A stretch of 64,000 nt of DNA from Candidatus Kapaibacterium sp. (GCA_963664875.1 OY761611.1:1984001-2048000), one strand, 5' to 3'. Shown: positions 9,601 through 20,355, counted from the stretch's first letter. Translations and numbers: made by a program. Notes: generated by a model from the letters alone, not told the origin.

Positions 9601-10194
9601 TCAAATTTGACATTCTCTTTTTATAACCTGTTGCAACTCTGCTCTTCCTAAACCTGTTTTCGCAGAATATGGTAGCACTTCAATAGCAAAGGCACACTGC
9701 GAAATTAGAGTGTCGAGCTGCTCTTTGCGTTCCTCAATTTCTGTTTTCGATATTTTGTCGCATTTAGTCAATATTATGATATAACGCTTGCCGTTATTCT
9801 CTAACCATTCTATCAACTCAAGGTCAGTAGCCTGCGGATCGTGCCTGCTATCAATCAATACGCAAATCAGCTTAAGATGTTCTCTTTTCTCTAAGTAGTC
9901 ATAGTTCAGAAAATGCCAGTGTGAGCGTTGCTTTTTGGAACGCTGAGCATAACCGAAACCGGGCAAATCGGCAAAGCACCATTGCTTATCTACAAGAAAA
10001 AAGTTGATTGCAGCAGTTTTGCCGGGCGTCTGACTTGTGCGTGCAAGATTTTTTCTGTGAACTATGCTATTTATCAGAGACGATTTCCCTACATTAGATC
10101 TACCTGAAAAAGCTACTTCAGGATAAATACTCTCAGGATAGTCTCCAATTTTTTGAGTACCAAAAACAAATTGAGCTTCGTTTATTTTAATCAT
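9601..10194 (-). CDS. yihA: Ribosome biogenesis GTPase YihA/YsxC (EngB)
   Basis: GRSNVGKSSLIN, TPGKT, DLPGFGY, TKCDK. Confidence 0.95.
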   Translation of the reverse strand: MIKINEAQFVFGTQKIGDYPESIYPEVAFSGRSNVGKSSLINSIVHRKNLARTSQTPGKTAAINFFLVDKQWCFADLPGFGYAQRSKKQRSHWHFLNYDYLEKREHLKLICVLIDSRHDPQATDLELIEWLENNGKRYIIILTKCDKISKTEIEERKEQLDTLISQCAFAIEVLPYSAKTGLGRAELQQVIKRECQI

Positions 10195-10421
10195 GTTATA
10201 TTTTATTTCTATTAATTTGACAATTCAAATCTACGAAAAAAATCGCTTTGAGATATTTCTTTTACATCCAATGAAGTTGCTTCTTCTCAGTATTATCGTC
10301 ATTCTAATCAGCCATTGTTTCATCTCTGCCATACAAACAAAAAAGGAAGGCAACTATTACCTCCCTCTCTAATTCTTTATTAGCACCTGAATAAAATCAC
10401 CAGATTCACTCAATAGATATT

Positions 10422-11495
10422 CTACTTTTGAGCTACTATACTTCTGTTTATAGCCTCAAAAACATCATCTACTTCTAAATGATCCATACAGAAGTATTCT
10501 TTGTTTGAGCATTTTGGGCTGAAATAGCAGGTACATTCTTTTCGTGGCTGCACTATTTCACCTCTGCCGTACAATTCAAATTCATAAGGGTTGAAAATAT
10601 TATTCATTAGCACAAGTGGCTTTTTTAAGCCTATTGCAATGTGCATACCCATAGTTACAGCAGAAACTACTACATCAGTAGTATCGACCAACGAGATGAA
10701 TTGTGGAAGAGAATAATAACCAAGATATGTAGCTCCTGTTTTTTGCTGAAGCAATATATTATTTTCATCTTCTTGTTTTCCGCCAAGCAATAAAGCCTGA
10801 TAACCTGCCTGATGAATTTTAGCAATTAAAGCTTCCCATTTCTCATTTGCCCATAATCTCGAAACCCACCTTGCTCCACAGCCGGTATTGAGACCAATAA
10901 CTGGCTTGTTAGAGGTTTTGTAATCCCATGTGATGTCTTTATCGCAATCGAGCAAATAATCCTCTCCTGCGAACTGCCAGCCGCATATTTCAAATATTTC
11001 TTCAGGGTATGATTTACGATTGGCTTTGTTTACATCGTCAAACAGCCCGGTAACGAACTTATGTTCTGCAAGTTCATTAGCTGGAGCTGGCACACCGTCT
11101 TTGAGTATAAAGCCGAATTTTTTATCAGCTCGGACGATATTTGCAAGCGCACATGCCTGTATGTCTTTGTCAAGATTTATCATAACATCAAAACTAACTT
11201 CCTGCATTATTGCAAGGGTTTCGGCATTATAGTTAAACACTTTGTCCACTAAAGAAGGAACAATATCAGGTGAATACGTAATCCACCAAATCTGTGCAGT
11301 TGGATATTCCTTTTTTATTCGCGGCAATAGAGTAGTTGTCCTAATGACATCACCGATTGCACCGAGTTTAATAATCAATATCTTTTTATCAGTCTTATCG
11401 TAATATTTACAATCCGAGCAATGTACCCCTTCTTTTTTATGGAATTTGCAAGGTATATGCCCAAGAAAATGTCTGCAATCACTTTTGTAAATCAC
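10422..11495 (-). CDS. GT9 glycosyltransferase (ADP-heptose:LPS heptosyltransferase-like) with Cys-rich termini
   Basis: KILIIKLGAIGDVIRTT, TMGMHIAIGL; two genes from gmhA. Confidence 0.85.
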   Translation of the reverse strand: MIYKSDCRHFLGHIPCKFHKKEGVHCSDCKYYDKTDKKILIIKLGAIGDVIRTTTLLPRIKKEYPTAQIWWITYSPDIVPSLVDKVFNYNAETLAIMQEVSFDVMINLDKDIQACALANIVRADKKFGFILKDGVPAPANELAEHKFVTGLFDDVNKANRKSYPEEIFEICGWQFAGEDYLLDCDKDITWDYKTSNKPVIGLNTGCGARWVSRLWANEKWEALIAKIHQAGYQALLLGGKQEDENNILLQQKTGATYLGYYSLPQFISLVDTTDVVVSAVTMGMHIAIGLKKPLVLMNNIFNPYEFELYGRGEIVQPRKECTCYFSPKCSNKEYFCMDHLEVDDVFEAINRSIVAQK

Positions 11496-11507
11496 TACTG
11501 TTCCTAA

Positions 11508-12290
11508 TTATAAATGGTACTGTATAACAAGTGAGAAATCAAGGAAAGTAACGTAAGATTCCTGTACCTCAATTTTATTAGTATATGTAAAGAGTTCTCC
11601 TCTTTCATCGTCTCGTCCAAAAAGGTTGAGCACTCCGAGTCCTAATCCGACATTGATATAAACTCGTTGATGCAAATGACCTTCAACTCCTAACCTTATC
11701 ATGCCTCCTATTCTTGTGGCATTTGCTTTTGAAAGTCTCGCAACTTCTATATCAGGTTCGTTCGGCGATAGGTTATCAAACTTTTCGACGTACAAAGAAT
11801 TAGTAATAAAAGAGTACATAAACTCAGGGCCGATATAAACTTTTGCTTCTGAAGAATCTAAATCCCAGAAGGCAAACTGGAATCCTGCGTTTATTTTTAT
11901 TAAATCAATATTATGATTGTATCTTGTTAGTATTCCTTGAGATGCCGCCGGACGGGTCTGTGCAGCATTCAAAAAATTGTGCGACACACCGATAGGTATT
12001 TTATAATCTTCTTCTTTATCCAAATAAGCAGTAAATTGGATATGATAGCCGGGATGACCGCCCCCCATTTGACCACCAATTACTAAATCTCCTTCTTCTG
12101 AAGCGATAGGCATCAAAGAAGCAGTATTCAGATTATTGTCGCCTGCTACAATCGAAAAGACATTGAGCCCTGCACCAATTTTGTAATGGTCAAACAGACC
12201 GCTTCCGGAATTAGTGTTTATTTCTTTCTGTGCTAATAAGCTAAGTGTAGGTATCAGCAATATAAGTAAAATGTATTTCAGTTGTCTCAT
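11508..12290 (-). CDS. Probable outer-membrane beta-barrel protein
   Basis: Signal peptide, alternating amphipathic strands, C-terminal ...LVIQYHL. Confidence 0.6.
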   Translation of the reverse strand: MRQLKYILLILLIPTLSLLAQKEINTNSGSGLFDHYKIGAGLNVFSIVAGDNNLNTASLMPIASEEGDLVIGGQMGGGHPGYHIQFTAYLDKEEDYKIPIGVSHNFLNAAQTRPAASQGILTRYNHNIDLIKINAGFQFAFWDLDSSEAKVYIGPEFMYSFITNSLYVEKFDNLSPNEPDIEVARLSKANATRIGGMIRLGVEGHLHQRVYINVGLGLGVLNLFGRDDERGELFTYTNKIEVQESYVTFLDFSLVIQYHL

Positions 12291-13306
12291 AATAGACGCT
12301 CTTTTATGTTATAATTCTGTGGTTTAAACGAATTCTTTATTATCAATTCCCCTAATAGTCCCATAGAGATAAACTGCACACCAACTATTATAAACGCTAT
12401 ACCCATTAGAAAAAGAGGGCGTTCGCTTAAGTATGTCATACCGAGTGCCCACTCAACCGCAAGATAGGAATCTATGCTCAAACCTAAAATTACAAACATA
12501 GTCCCTAAAAGACCAAAGAAATGGAGAGGTCTTTTCATATATCTGGTAGTAAACATTACCGTGAGTAAGTCAAGAAAACCATACAAAAATCGTGATAAGC
12601 CAAATTTAGAAACACCGTAAGGTCTCGCATGGTGCGTTACAGGTATTTCAGTTACCTTAAATCCATCCCAGTGAGCAAGTGCCGGCAGGTATCTATGCAT
12701 TTCGCCATAAACCTGCAAACGTTTAGCAACTTCTCGTCTGTATAGTTTGAACCCGCAGTTGAAATCGTGTAAACGAATACCGCTTGTTTTTGAAGTAACA
12801 TAATTGAAAAATTTAGATGGCAGTGTCTTTGAAACAGGATCATGTCTAACTTTTTTCCAGCCCGATACCAAATCCCAGCCTTGATTGATAGTATCCACCA
12901 TTCTTTTCAGCTCTTTTGGATCATCTTGAAGATCTGCATCCATTGTACCAATAAGCTTGCCGGATGCAGCCTGAAAACCAACAGATAAAGCCGCAGACTT
13001 ACCGTAATTCCTTCTAAAGCGAATACATTTAAAGTTATTATTTCTCGAATGTATCTTTTTAATTACTTCGTAAGAACTATCCGTAGAACCATCATCTATA
13101 AAAATCACTTCCCATTTATCGTCAGCGATGTCAGTTAGTTCGCCTTCTAAAGAAATAGCTAATTCCTGCAGTGATTCTTCTTCATTGAGTAAAGGAATCA
13201 CCATAGAAATATAAATATTCTTAGACCTGCCTTTATTGACATTACCTGATTTAGGATTGTGTTGTTTTCTTATGTTATATCGTATATTTTCTTTATGTTG
13301 CTCCAC
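12287..13306 (-). CDS. GT2 polyprenol-phosphate glycosyltransferase (ArnC/DPM1-like)
   Basis: VIPLLNEE, IDDGSTD, RNYGKSAAL, MDADLQDDP, two C-terminal TM helices. Confidence 0.92.
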   Translation of the reverse strand: MEQHKENIRYNIRKQHNPKSGNVNKGRSKNIYISMVIPLLNEEESLQELAISLEGELTDIADDKWEVIFIDDGSTDSSYEVIKKIHSRNNNFKCIRFRRNYGKSAALSVGFQAASGKLIGTMDADLQDDPKELKRMVDTINQGWDLVSGWKKVRHDPVSKTLPSKFFNYVTSKTSGIRLHDFNCGFKLYRREVAKRLQVYGEMHRYLPALAHWDGFKVTEIPVTHHARPYGVSKFGLSRFLYGFLDLLTVMFTTRYMKRPLHFFGLLGTMFVILGLSIDSYLAVEWALGMTYLSERPLFLMGIAFIIVGVQFISMGLLGELIIKNSFKPQNYNIKERLL

Positions 13307-13323
13307 TAAGCAGCTCCGAGATA

Positions 13324-14088
13324 CTATAATTTTATGAATTTTTTAGAAATCATCTTAGCGTTATTATCTATCAAAACAATATTATAAAATCCATTTTCCA
13401 AAGCAGAGATATCTATCATTTCTCCGTTGTACACCTGATTTAATACTTCGTTTCCTTTAGAATCGAATATTTTGTAATAACTTATATCAGAGGCAATTAT
13501 TTTAAGATAGTCCTGAGCAGGATTAGGATATAAAGCGATCGCATCATTTTGTACATCATCTATTACAGAAACAGGGTTCTTGAATACAAGTGTAATTTTA
13601 ATTCTTTTCCATGCACTGTTATTTAAGGTACATTGATCCTGAGCAAGCATATCATAATAAAATAGATTACCTGTAAGGTTATCTTTGATATACGCAGAAT
13701 CTAATCTTGCATTAGCAGGGATATTCCATTTGAGTGTAAGATCCTGAGCTCCAAATTGTGCATACATATTGTATTCTCTAACAAAAGCTTCGTTAGTATC
13801 TTCCTGTTTATAATCAATATAAGTATTCGTAGAGGCACCTTCAATATTTTTATCTGGCACTATAAAAAAGCACGCCAACTGCCCCCCTCTTCCAAGACCG
13901 GGATGTTCATATTCATTTAACGGAGGCTCTTCATCAATATAATCTGTAGCAGCAGGATCTACTCCAATAATCAGATTATTTTGTGTTTCACCGTTGCTGT
14001 TAGATGCTTCTATATTGATAGTATATTGTGCAAAAGAAATAGTCTGGGAAAAAACTACTAAAAATAATAATGTAAAAAGCTTATTCAT
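13324..14088 (-). CDS. T9SS type A sorting domain-containing protein (254 aa)
   Basis: Signal peptide; C-terminal LYPNPAQD...IFDSKG...GFY...KKFIKL. Confidence 0.85.
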   Translation of the reverse strand: MNKLFTLLFLVVFSQTISFAQYTINIEASNSNGETQNNLIIGVDPAATDYIDEEPPLNEYEHPGLGRGGQLACFFIVPDKNIEGASTNTYIDYKQEDTNEAFVREYNMYAQFGAQDLTLKWNIPANARLDSAYIKDNLTGNLFYYDMLAQDQCTLNNSAWKRIKITLVFKNPVSVIDDVQNDAIALYPNPAQDYLKIIASDISYYKIFDSKGNEVLNQVYNGEMIDISALENGFYNIVLIDNNAKMISKKFIKL

Positions 14089-14143
14089 GTTTATAGACCG
14101 ATTTATTGAAATAATGTTACTTACAAAAATAGATAAATTGTAT

Positions 14144-14182
14144 AAAAAAAGGCAACATTTCTGAAAAATGTTGCCTCTTTTT
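14144..14182 (-). terminator. Terminator after the 1017-aa T9SS gene
   Basis: aggcaacattt...aaatgttgcct stem with A/T tails. Confidence 0.7.
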
Positions 14183-14194
14183 ATTTGTTAGATC

Positions 14195-17100
14195 TTACTT
14201 AACAACAACAACTTTCAATACAGAATTGAAACCGTTTGCAGTAAGTTTGCAGATATAGCTACCTGAAGTCAATGCAGAAGCATTGAATTCGATAGTGTTA
14301 ATACCTGCATTAGCAGTCTGATTGTTTACTAAAGTCATTACTTCATTACCTAATTCATCGAATAATGCGATAGTTACATTTTCTTGAGCAGGCATGTTGT
14401 AAGAAATAGTAGCCATAGAAGTTACAGGGTTAGGACCTACTGTAAATTCAAATGTATTAACATCAGCTTCTACTTTAATAACTTTTACAGCGTCAGCAGC
14501 TGTTTCAGTAATTTCGATGTTTCCGTTTTCGCCTTTATTGATAAAGCCTAAAACGTCGTTAGTAGCAGCGTCAACAAATTGATAATCTGCATCAGCATAA
14601 GACATAGAAATTGAAACAGGATAAGTTACACCTTGCAAATTGATAACGCTTTCGTTTTTGTTAGATACATAAGTACCTTCTTCGAAACGTACGTCAAACA
14701 ATTCAACCATAGGCATAGGAGGCATTTGGAAAGTAGCAGTGCTAACATTGTTAGAAGCTAAGTACAATGAAGTATTGTGCTGAGCATTATCAACGATGTT
14801 TAACTGAGTGCTAGATGCCAAAACTGCTTCGTTATTGTTATAAGTAGCTTTACCAGTATAATTACCACCTTTAAGGTTCAAGAAACCGTTTTTGTCAGTT
14901 TTGATCCAGTAACCTCTGCCAGGTTCCATCATGTTTACAGCTACGTAACCATTTTCTAATGTGTATTTGTAAACATTGTGTTTCAAAGTAAATTCAGAAG
15001 TTGGTACTTCGCCATTGAATTCATCAAATTTGATATTAGAGATAGAAGTGTTCATTGTAGGACAGCCGATAGCGTTCCATCCACCTTTATCATCAGTATC
15101 GCCAGGATAAACTCTTACTTCGTAACCTTTGTCTCTAGAAATTTCATTAACAAACGCACCCGCAAATTTTGTATCTACAAGGTTGTTGTATTTTACAAAG
15201 TAACCATAACCAGGTTTAACGATGTCAGCTGGTTCCCACATATTGTAAGCCCAGTGCATTGGTTTAGTTACAGCATTTGGATATACGTTTTTGTATTCGT
15301 TGTTGATTGGGCTAACAGGTACAGATACCAAGTTCCAACCTTTAACGATAACAGGAGTACCATCAGCATTTACATAGTCAATAACTGAAGGAAGAGTATA
15401 TTCAATTAAGAACTCATTGATTTCAGGATCATTGATGTAGTATGTGCCTTTAGCAACTCTCATGTTAGTAGCTTCTTGTGGTACACCGTGCAATACTGAA
15501 CGGATGAATAACTGAGCACCAACCGGGAAGTCAGCAGCGTCCCAAGAAACAACTACAGGGTAGTTTTGTACGCCGTCAGCGTTAAATTTAACATTGTAGA
15601 TAATAGAGTTTACAGTGTCTTTAGAAGATCTGATATCTCTTGAAGCATACAAAGGAGCTTCCAAGTTTGGATTGATACATTCGAAACCGTAAGGGATCAA
15701 TGTTTCTAAAACAGGATCAACAGGGTAGAAACGAGCACCAAAACCAGACAATGGGTAATTGAAAGCTCTTTCGCCGAATAACAAGTCAACATTGTCAGTA
15801 GCTCTTGGAGCAGTACCGAATACTAATGAAGTCATGTCACCTGCAGAACCTCTTGAGTTACGTACATTTAATCTGATACCTGTGCCATTAGCAGCCAAAG
15901 TTGGTTCGTAAGGGCTACGGAAATAGATGAAAGTAACTTTAACTCTTACTGGAGAGATTTCAGCATTTTCTGATCTGATAGTTACATAACCGGTATAGAT
16001 ACCTTCTGATTCTTCAGCAGCACCTTTTACTTTGTTTTGATCGCAAACGATGTTGAAATATACTTTTTTATCAACAGGACCACTGATGTTCATAGGATCA
16101 GCCTGACCCATGATACCATTATCGATAAAGATACCATCTCTGAAAGTTTTAGAATCACCTTTTTTAGCTGATTCAACTTCTAACCATTCTTGGTCTGTTT
16201 CGATTCTGATATCTCTTAAACGAGTACCTGTAACTATATTTTGTAATTCTAAAACTAATTCACCTTTTGCATCTGATTCATCAGAAGCAGTAATTGGTTT
16301 AGTGATTACATAGAAAGCACCATTTTGTTCACCTTTGATTGGATCATCTTTTTCGTTGAAACCAATTTTAGGCAATTTATCCATAACACGGATATAAATA
16401 CTACCTTCTACTGTAGGCTCTGTCAACCAAAGCGGAGTCAAGCTGTTATTGATACCAGCCAAACCTGTTTTTTCAGTTGGATCCGGATAGTAGTTGATAA
16501 TTTGAGGATCTACAGCTCTGAATTCTTTGAAAGGAGCTTCTTTTCTAATGTTTAAACCATTGTAATTGATTTCCTGTCTGCCAATGTAGATAGGAGCAAT
16601 TTTTGTCAGCGGGTTAGTAGCATTAGGAATAACTCTAAAACGGATAAACATCAAAGGACGGAACTCAGGAGTTCTTGGGTCTTCGTTTACCGGTAATGAG
16701 TCAAAAGTATGTCCAACGATAGTAATTTTGTGACCATGTTTTTTGTTTTCAATACTTGCATTTGGCATGATGTCTTCCAAATAAGATTTATCAGGAACAT
16801 CATTAAAGTCAATTGAAAAACCATCTGCAGTACCGATTACTGGTTTACCTTCTTCAGTAGCATAATCAGCCAATTCAGGGATTGATGCAACTGTTTCGTA
16901 ACCTACGGCTCTAACCATAGTAGAGTCATAAAAGATATGGAATTTAAAATCTTTTATTGGTTCAGGATTTACCAAGTGGTGTCTATCTGCGAAAGGATGC
17001 CACTGATTGCTGATAAATATAGGCATCAAGAATTCTCTTGGCCCATTATCAGAAGGAGCAACCCAGATACGTCCATCAGGATATAATTCTGTATTATACG

Positions 17101-17248
17101 ACCCATCCGCACCGGTCAAAGAAAGAACCGGAATGGAAGGATTGTCAGCTTGAGCTTTTTCAAATGTTGCAAATGAAAAGCCCATGACTAGCATCAAGCC
17201 AAGAATCAACTTACTAGTCAACCCCTTTGCTTTAAAAGCTATTGTCAT
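14195..17248 (-). CDS. Large T9SS-secreted protein with N-terminal cohesin-like domain and BACON/Ig-like region
   Basis: GGAGGT RBS places start at ATG 17248; signal peptide; cohesin-like pattern (MPIFISN...FKFHIFYD...LMFIRFRV); TDQEWLEV BACON-like motif; CTD GPNPVT...LFDELG...GSYICKL...KVVVVK. Confidence 0.8.
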   Translation of the reverse strand: MTIAFKAKGLTSKLILGLMLVMGFSFATFEKAQADNPSIPVLSLTGADGSYNTELYPDGRIWVAPSDNGPREFLMPIFISNQWHPFADRHHLVNPEPIKDFKFHIFYDSTMVRAVGYETVASIPELADYATEEGKPVIGTADGFSIDFNDVPDKSYLEDIMPNASIENKKHGHKITIVGHTFDSLPVNEDPRTPEFRPLMFIRFRVIPNATNPLTKIAPIYIGRQEINYNGLNIRKEAPFKEFRAVDPQIINYYPDPTEKTGLAGINNSLTPLWLTEPTVEGSIYIRVMDKLPKIGFNEKDDPIKGEQNGAFYVITKPITASDESDAKGELVLELQNIVTGTRLRDIRIETDQEWLEVESAKKGDSKTFRDGIFIDNGIMGQADPMNISGPVDKKVYFNIVCDQNKVKGAAEESEGIYTGYVTIRSENAEISPVRVKVTFIYFRSPYEPTLAANGTGIRLNVRNSRGSAGDMTSLVFGTAPRATDNVDLLFGERAFNYPLSGFGARFYPVDPVLETLIPYGFECINPNLEAPLYASRDIRSSKDTVNSIIYNVKFNADGVQNYPVVVSWDAADFPVGAQLFIRSVLHGVPQEATNMRVAKGTYYINDPEINEFLIEYTLPSVIDYVNADGTPVIVKGWNLVSVPVSPINNEYKNVYPNAVTKPMHWAYNMWEPADIVKPGYGYFVKYNNLVDTKFAGAFVNEISRDKGYEVRVYPGDTDDKGGWNAIGCPTMNTSISNIKFDEFNGEVPTSEFTLKHNVYKYTLENGYVAVNMMEPGRGYWIKTDKNGFLNLKGGNYTGKATYNNNEAVLASSTQLNIVDNAQHNTSLYLASNNVSTATFQMPPMPMVELFDVRFEEGTYVSNKNESVINLQGVTYPVSISMSYADADYQFVDAATNDVLGFINKGENGNIEITETAADAVKVIKVEADVNTFEFTVGPNPVTSMATISYNMPAQENVTIALFDELGNEVMTLVNNQTANAGINTIEFNASALTSGSYICKLTANGFNSVLKVVVVK

Positions 17249-17264
17249 TCTAACCTCCATTGAG

Positions 17265-18416
17265 TTATTTAATATTTAAATATCTTACTTTTGCAATTTT
17301 ATTTTGGGCTTTTATGACGACTAAATACAATCCAGCACTTTTATCGTCAAAGCTTATTATCTGTCTATCTTGATATTTTGTACAGTTTCCATTCAAATCA
17401 TATATCTCTATAATGTTATCTTGGTCTTTTACGATTATGCTGTTGTCGGCAATTTCGTAAACTGACTGTACATCTACATCTGTGACACTTGTAGTTCTGT
17501 TTGCAAAGACACACGTATCTTTTTCAAGAGTTTTGGCACAGTTACAGTCGTTTAAGTCTGCAATCTCTACCTCAATAGACTCATCATAGTTTTCGTTTAT
17601 CACTCTGTCTATTTCAAAATCTAAAAAGTACTCTTGAGTGTTTTCTTTTATATTTAGAACAATATCGTAACTGCTATCTGACTCTATTACATTTGCTATT
17701 TCGATGTCGCTGTTTTTTGCAGCAAAGTTTGAAAATAAGAATTTATCTGATTTTTGAAGTTTCAAAAGAAAATTGCTTACTTTTGCCTCTTCCGGAATAT
17801 CTAAAATCATAGTAGAATTTAGTTTTCCTGTTTCATCAAATTCTTTTTCTTCAGCATCAAAGCTAACTTTTGCATATCTGTTTTCACCTGATTTAACTTC
17901 TGATTCAATATAGAATGTTTTATTGGCAAAAGCAGGTATTTTACATTCGGATGTAAATGATAATTCTTCTACAACAAGGCTCGCAGAATCCGGACAATCT
18001 CCGATATAAGTAAACTGCAAAGCTATTAACGGCAAGTCTCCATAACTAGGAACATTTATATGTCCACTTAAGATGCCTGCATTTAACAATATATGATTAT
18101 CATCTATCACTTTTATACTAACTTTATCAAACCTCTCAGAAAGAGTATTTAAAGTGGCATAAGTATTACCAAAGTATAGTTTGGTATTATCATATTCCAT
18201 GTATAAAGTAATACCGAACAGTGAGTCAGATGGCTCTATAGTGCCTAAATCTAAATGTATAAGAACGTCTCTTTTGCTGTTTTGAAATACTATTCCGCAA
18301 GCATCAGCTTTTGACTTAGGAATTATTTCTAAGTTATAATCTTTTGCATTGCTCGGGATACTGCTCCAAAAGAGCAGTATTCCGATGCAAAATATATAAT
18401 AGCTGAGTTTACGCAT
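17265..18416 (-). CDS. T9SS-secreted protein with one or two cohesin-like domains
   Basis: Signal peptide; VLIHLD...LFGITLYMEYDNTKL...PLIALQF cohesin-like pattern; degenerate CTD IYDLNG...GLYLV...KVRYLNIK. Confidence 0.7.
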   Translation of the reverse strand: MRKLSYYIFCIGILLFWSSIPSNAKDYNLEIIPKSKADACGIVFQNSKRDVLIHLDLGTIEPSDSLFGITLYMEYDNTKLYFGNTYATLNTLSERFDKVSIKVIDDNHILLNAGILSGHINVPSYGDLPLIALQFTYIGDCPDSASLVVEELSFTSECKIPAFANKTFYIESEVKSGENRYAKVSFDAEEKEFDETGKLNSTMILDIPEEAKVSNFLLKLQKSDKFLFSNFAAKNSDIEIANVIESDSSYDIVLNIKENTQEYFLDFEIDRVINENYDESIEVEIADLNDCNCAKTLEKDTCVFANRTTSVTDVDVQSVYEIADNSIIVKDQDNIIEIYDLNGNCTKYQDRQIISFDDKSAGLYLVVIKAQNKIAKVRYLNIK

Positions 18417-18417
18417 A

Positions 18418-20307
18418 TTATTTGCTTAGAACTACTTTTTCTGTTACAGAAGTATCATTACCTGATAGTCTGATAATATATACACCATTTGCAACAGCAT
18501 TACCGTTGTCATCTTTACCGTCCCAAACGTATTCGCTACCGCTAATTGCAAATGATTTTACTTTGTTACCTAACATATCGTAGATAGCCAAGTTCATATC
18601 ATTTGTCAAATTAGCATTTAAGCTGAATATAGCATTTGAAGAGAATGGATTTTTAGACAACATTTTAATGCCTAATGTATAGTTTGAAGTTTCAACTTGA
18701 CTTACAGTTGAAGTCAAATCTGCTACTTCATTATCGTTCAATCTGATACCGCTTAATTTTACTTCTTTTTCATTTAAGCTAATTTCGATATCGCAAACTT
18801 TAGAATCTTTAGCTAAGTCTTGATTAGCACCAGCAATAACTACTCTGTTTTGAGTAAAGCTTACCATCAAATCTTTGTTAGCAAGTTTCACATCAGCTAC
18901 GTTAGCATTGATGTCAAATTTAGTACTAAAAGCACCTTTTACATCGCCATTAACATATACAGGAATAGTATAGTTACCGTTTTCAAGTTTAGTCATTGTA
19001 CCAAGAACTAAGTTAGTAGCTTGAACATCAACATCTACAGCTGATTTGCCTTTATAATCAATCGGATGTTTCCAAGGCAACTGAGAAATCTGACCACCTA
19101 AGTATTCTAATACATAAGCAGCATCATGTTCGTTACATTGGAATCTAATTTGTTTGATAGAAGCAATTGCTTCAGGTAAATCATCAGAGTATTTGTCAGA
19201 TTTTGCTTCAATTCTAACTTTGTTACCATCAACGTCGAAGTAGAAACGACCATCGTGAGTAACGTCGCCATGGTATGCTTGTCTTCTTCTTGCATCATCC
19301 AATGGTTGGTTAGTAGCTACAGATTTCATAATGATGCGAGCATCATTTATAGAAACGAATCTGTTTTGTGGCTGACCTTCGTGAATATTACCTACAGCTT
19401 TAGAGAAATCAACATCGCCATCGCCCCACCATTCTTCGATTTTGTTAGTAGCTTTAGCAATAAATTTGATTCTTGCATCAGATCTTTGACCTGAAGGCTG
19501 CCAGATATTAGTCAAGTCAGTTGTAGTTTTTTGAAGGTTGATGTCTTGATCGTACAACAAACCGTTCATATAGTCATCAGCTTCACCTTTGATACCAACT
19601 GAAGCGTCTTTGTAAACAACTACAGTATTTGGTGAGTTAGGGTTACCACCGATACCGCCGTAGCAAAATTCGATATCGCCTTGAGCAGAGTACAAAGAAG
19701 TTGATTTATAGATAATCAACTGGAAGTTTGCAACGCTTGAAGGTTGATTTTTATCGTTGATATTCAAATTTTTCCACTGAACGATAAATTTATCAGTTTC
19801 TTTCAAATAAGAAATTTCAGAAGCTAAGTAAGAATTTTTTTCATCCAAAACATTTCTGTAGTAGTGGTCACCCCAGAAAGGAGCCAATACGTTTACAGGA
19901 TATGAAGAAGATTCGATAAACAAAGCTTCTGCATCTACAGCAGGAACCATTGGAGGATCGATTCTAACGATCTGATTGTATTGGTTCTTTTCATATTTGC
20001 TGAATGTTACAAAGCCATTGACGTTGATAAATATTGAGTTATAGACTTCTCCATTATATTCGAAATCAAAACCCAAATCAACCTGATAGTAACCGTCGTC
20101 GTAGTCAACTTCATTTGCCGGAGGCAAAATGAACTCTTCGCGAGGTATAACGGTTTTCTCGTTATCATTTAGCTCTGCATATGGAACTCCGGTTATCAAT
20201 GTAGCAGGCTGAAACTCTGTCCATATTTGAGCTTGGAGATTTGGTGATACAGCTGTTAAACTTGCGATAGCGGCAAGTCCAACTGCAACCTTTTTAAATC
20301 TCTTCAT
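18418..20307 (-). CDS. T9SS-secreted protein: nidogen-like domain, dockerin-like module, cohesin-like domain, FlgD-Ig/CTD
   Basis: GGAG RBS places start at ATG 20307; DLGFDFEYNG...INVNGFVTF...LAPFWGD; GDVD...INDARIIMK / GDVTHDG...DAAYVLEYLGG; WDGKDDNG...GVYIIRL CTD. Confidence 0.8.
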   Translation of the reverse strand: MKRFKKVAVGLAAIASLTAVSPNLQAQIWTEFQPATLITGVPYAELNDNEKTVIPREEFILPPANEVDYDDGYYQVDLGFDFEYNGEVYNSIFINVNGFVTFSKYEKNQYNQIVRIDPPMVPAVDAEALFIESSSYPVNVLAPFWGDHYYRNVLDEKNSYLASEISYLKETDKFIVQWKNLNINDKNQPSSVANFQLIIYKSTSLYSAQGDIEFCYGGIGGNPNSPNTVVVYKDASVGIKGEADDYMNGLLYDQDINLQKTTTDLTNIWQPSGQRSDARIKFIAKATNKIEEWWGDGDVDFSKAVGNIHEGQPQNRFVSINDARIIMKSVATNQPLDDARRRQAYHGDVTHDGRFYFDVDGNKVRIEAKSDKYSDDLPEAIASIKQIRFQCNEHDAAYVLEYLGGQISQLPWKHPIDYKGKSAVDVDVQATNLVLGTMTKLENGNYTIPVYVNGDVKGAFSTKFDINANVADVKLANKDLMVSFTQNRVVIAGANQDLAKDSKVCDIEISLNEKEVKLSGIRLNDNEVADLTSTVSQVETSNYTLGIKMLSKNPFSSNAIFSLNANLTNDMNLAIYDMLGNKVKSFAISGSEYVWDGKDDNGNAVANGVYIIRLSGNDTSVTEKVVLSK

Positions 20308-20355
20308 TGTTTTCTCCAATTTATTTATTAATCTCTTTTTCTATTTTTTAAGTAG

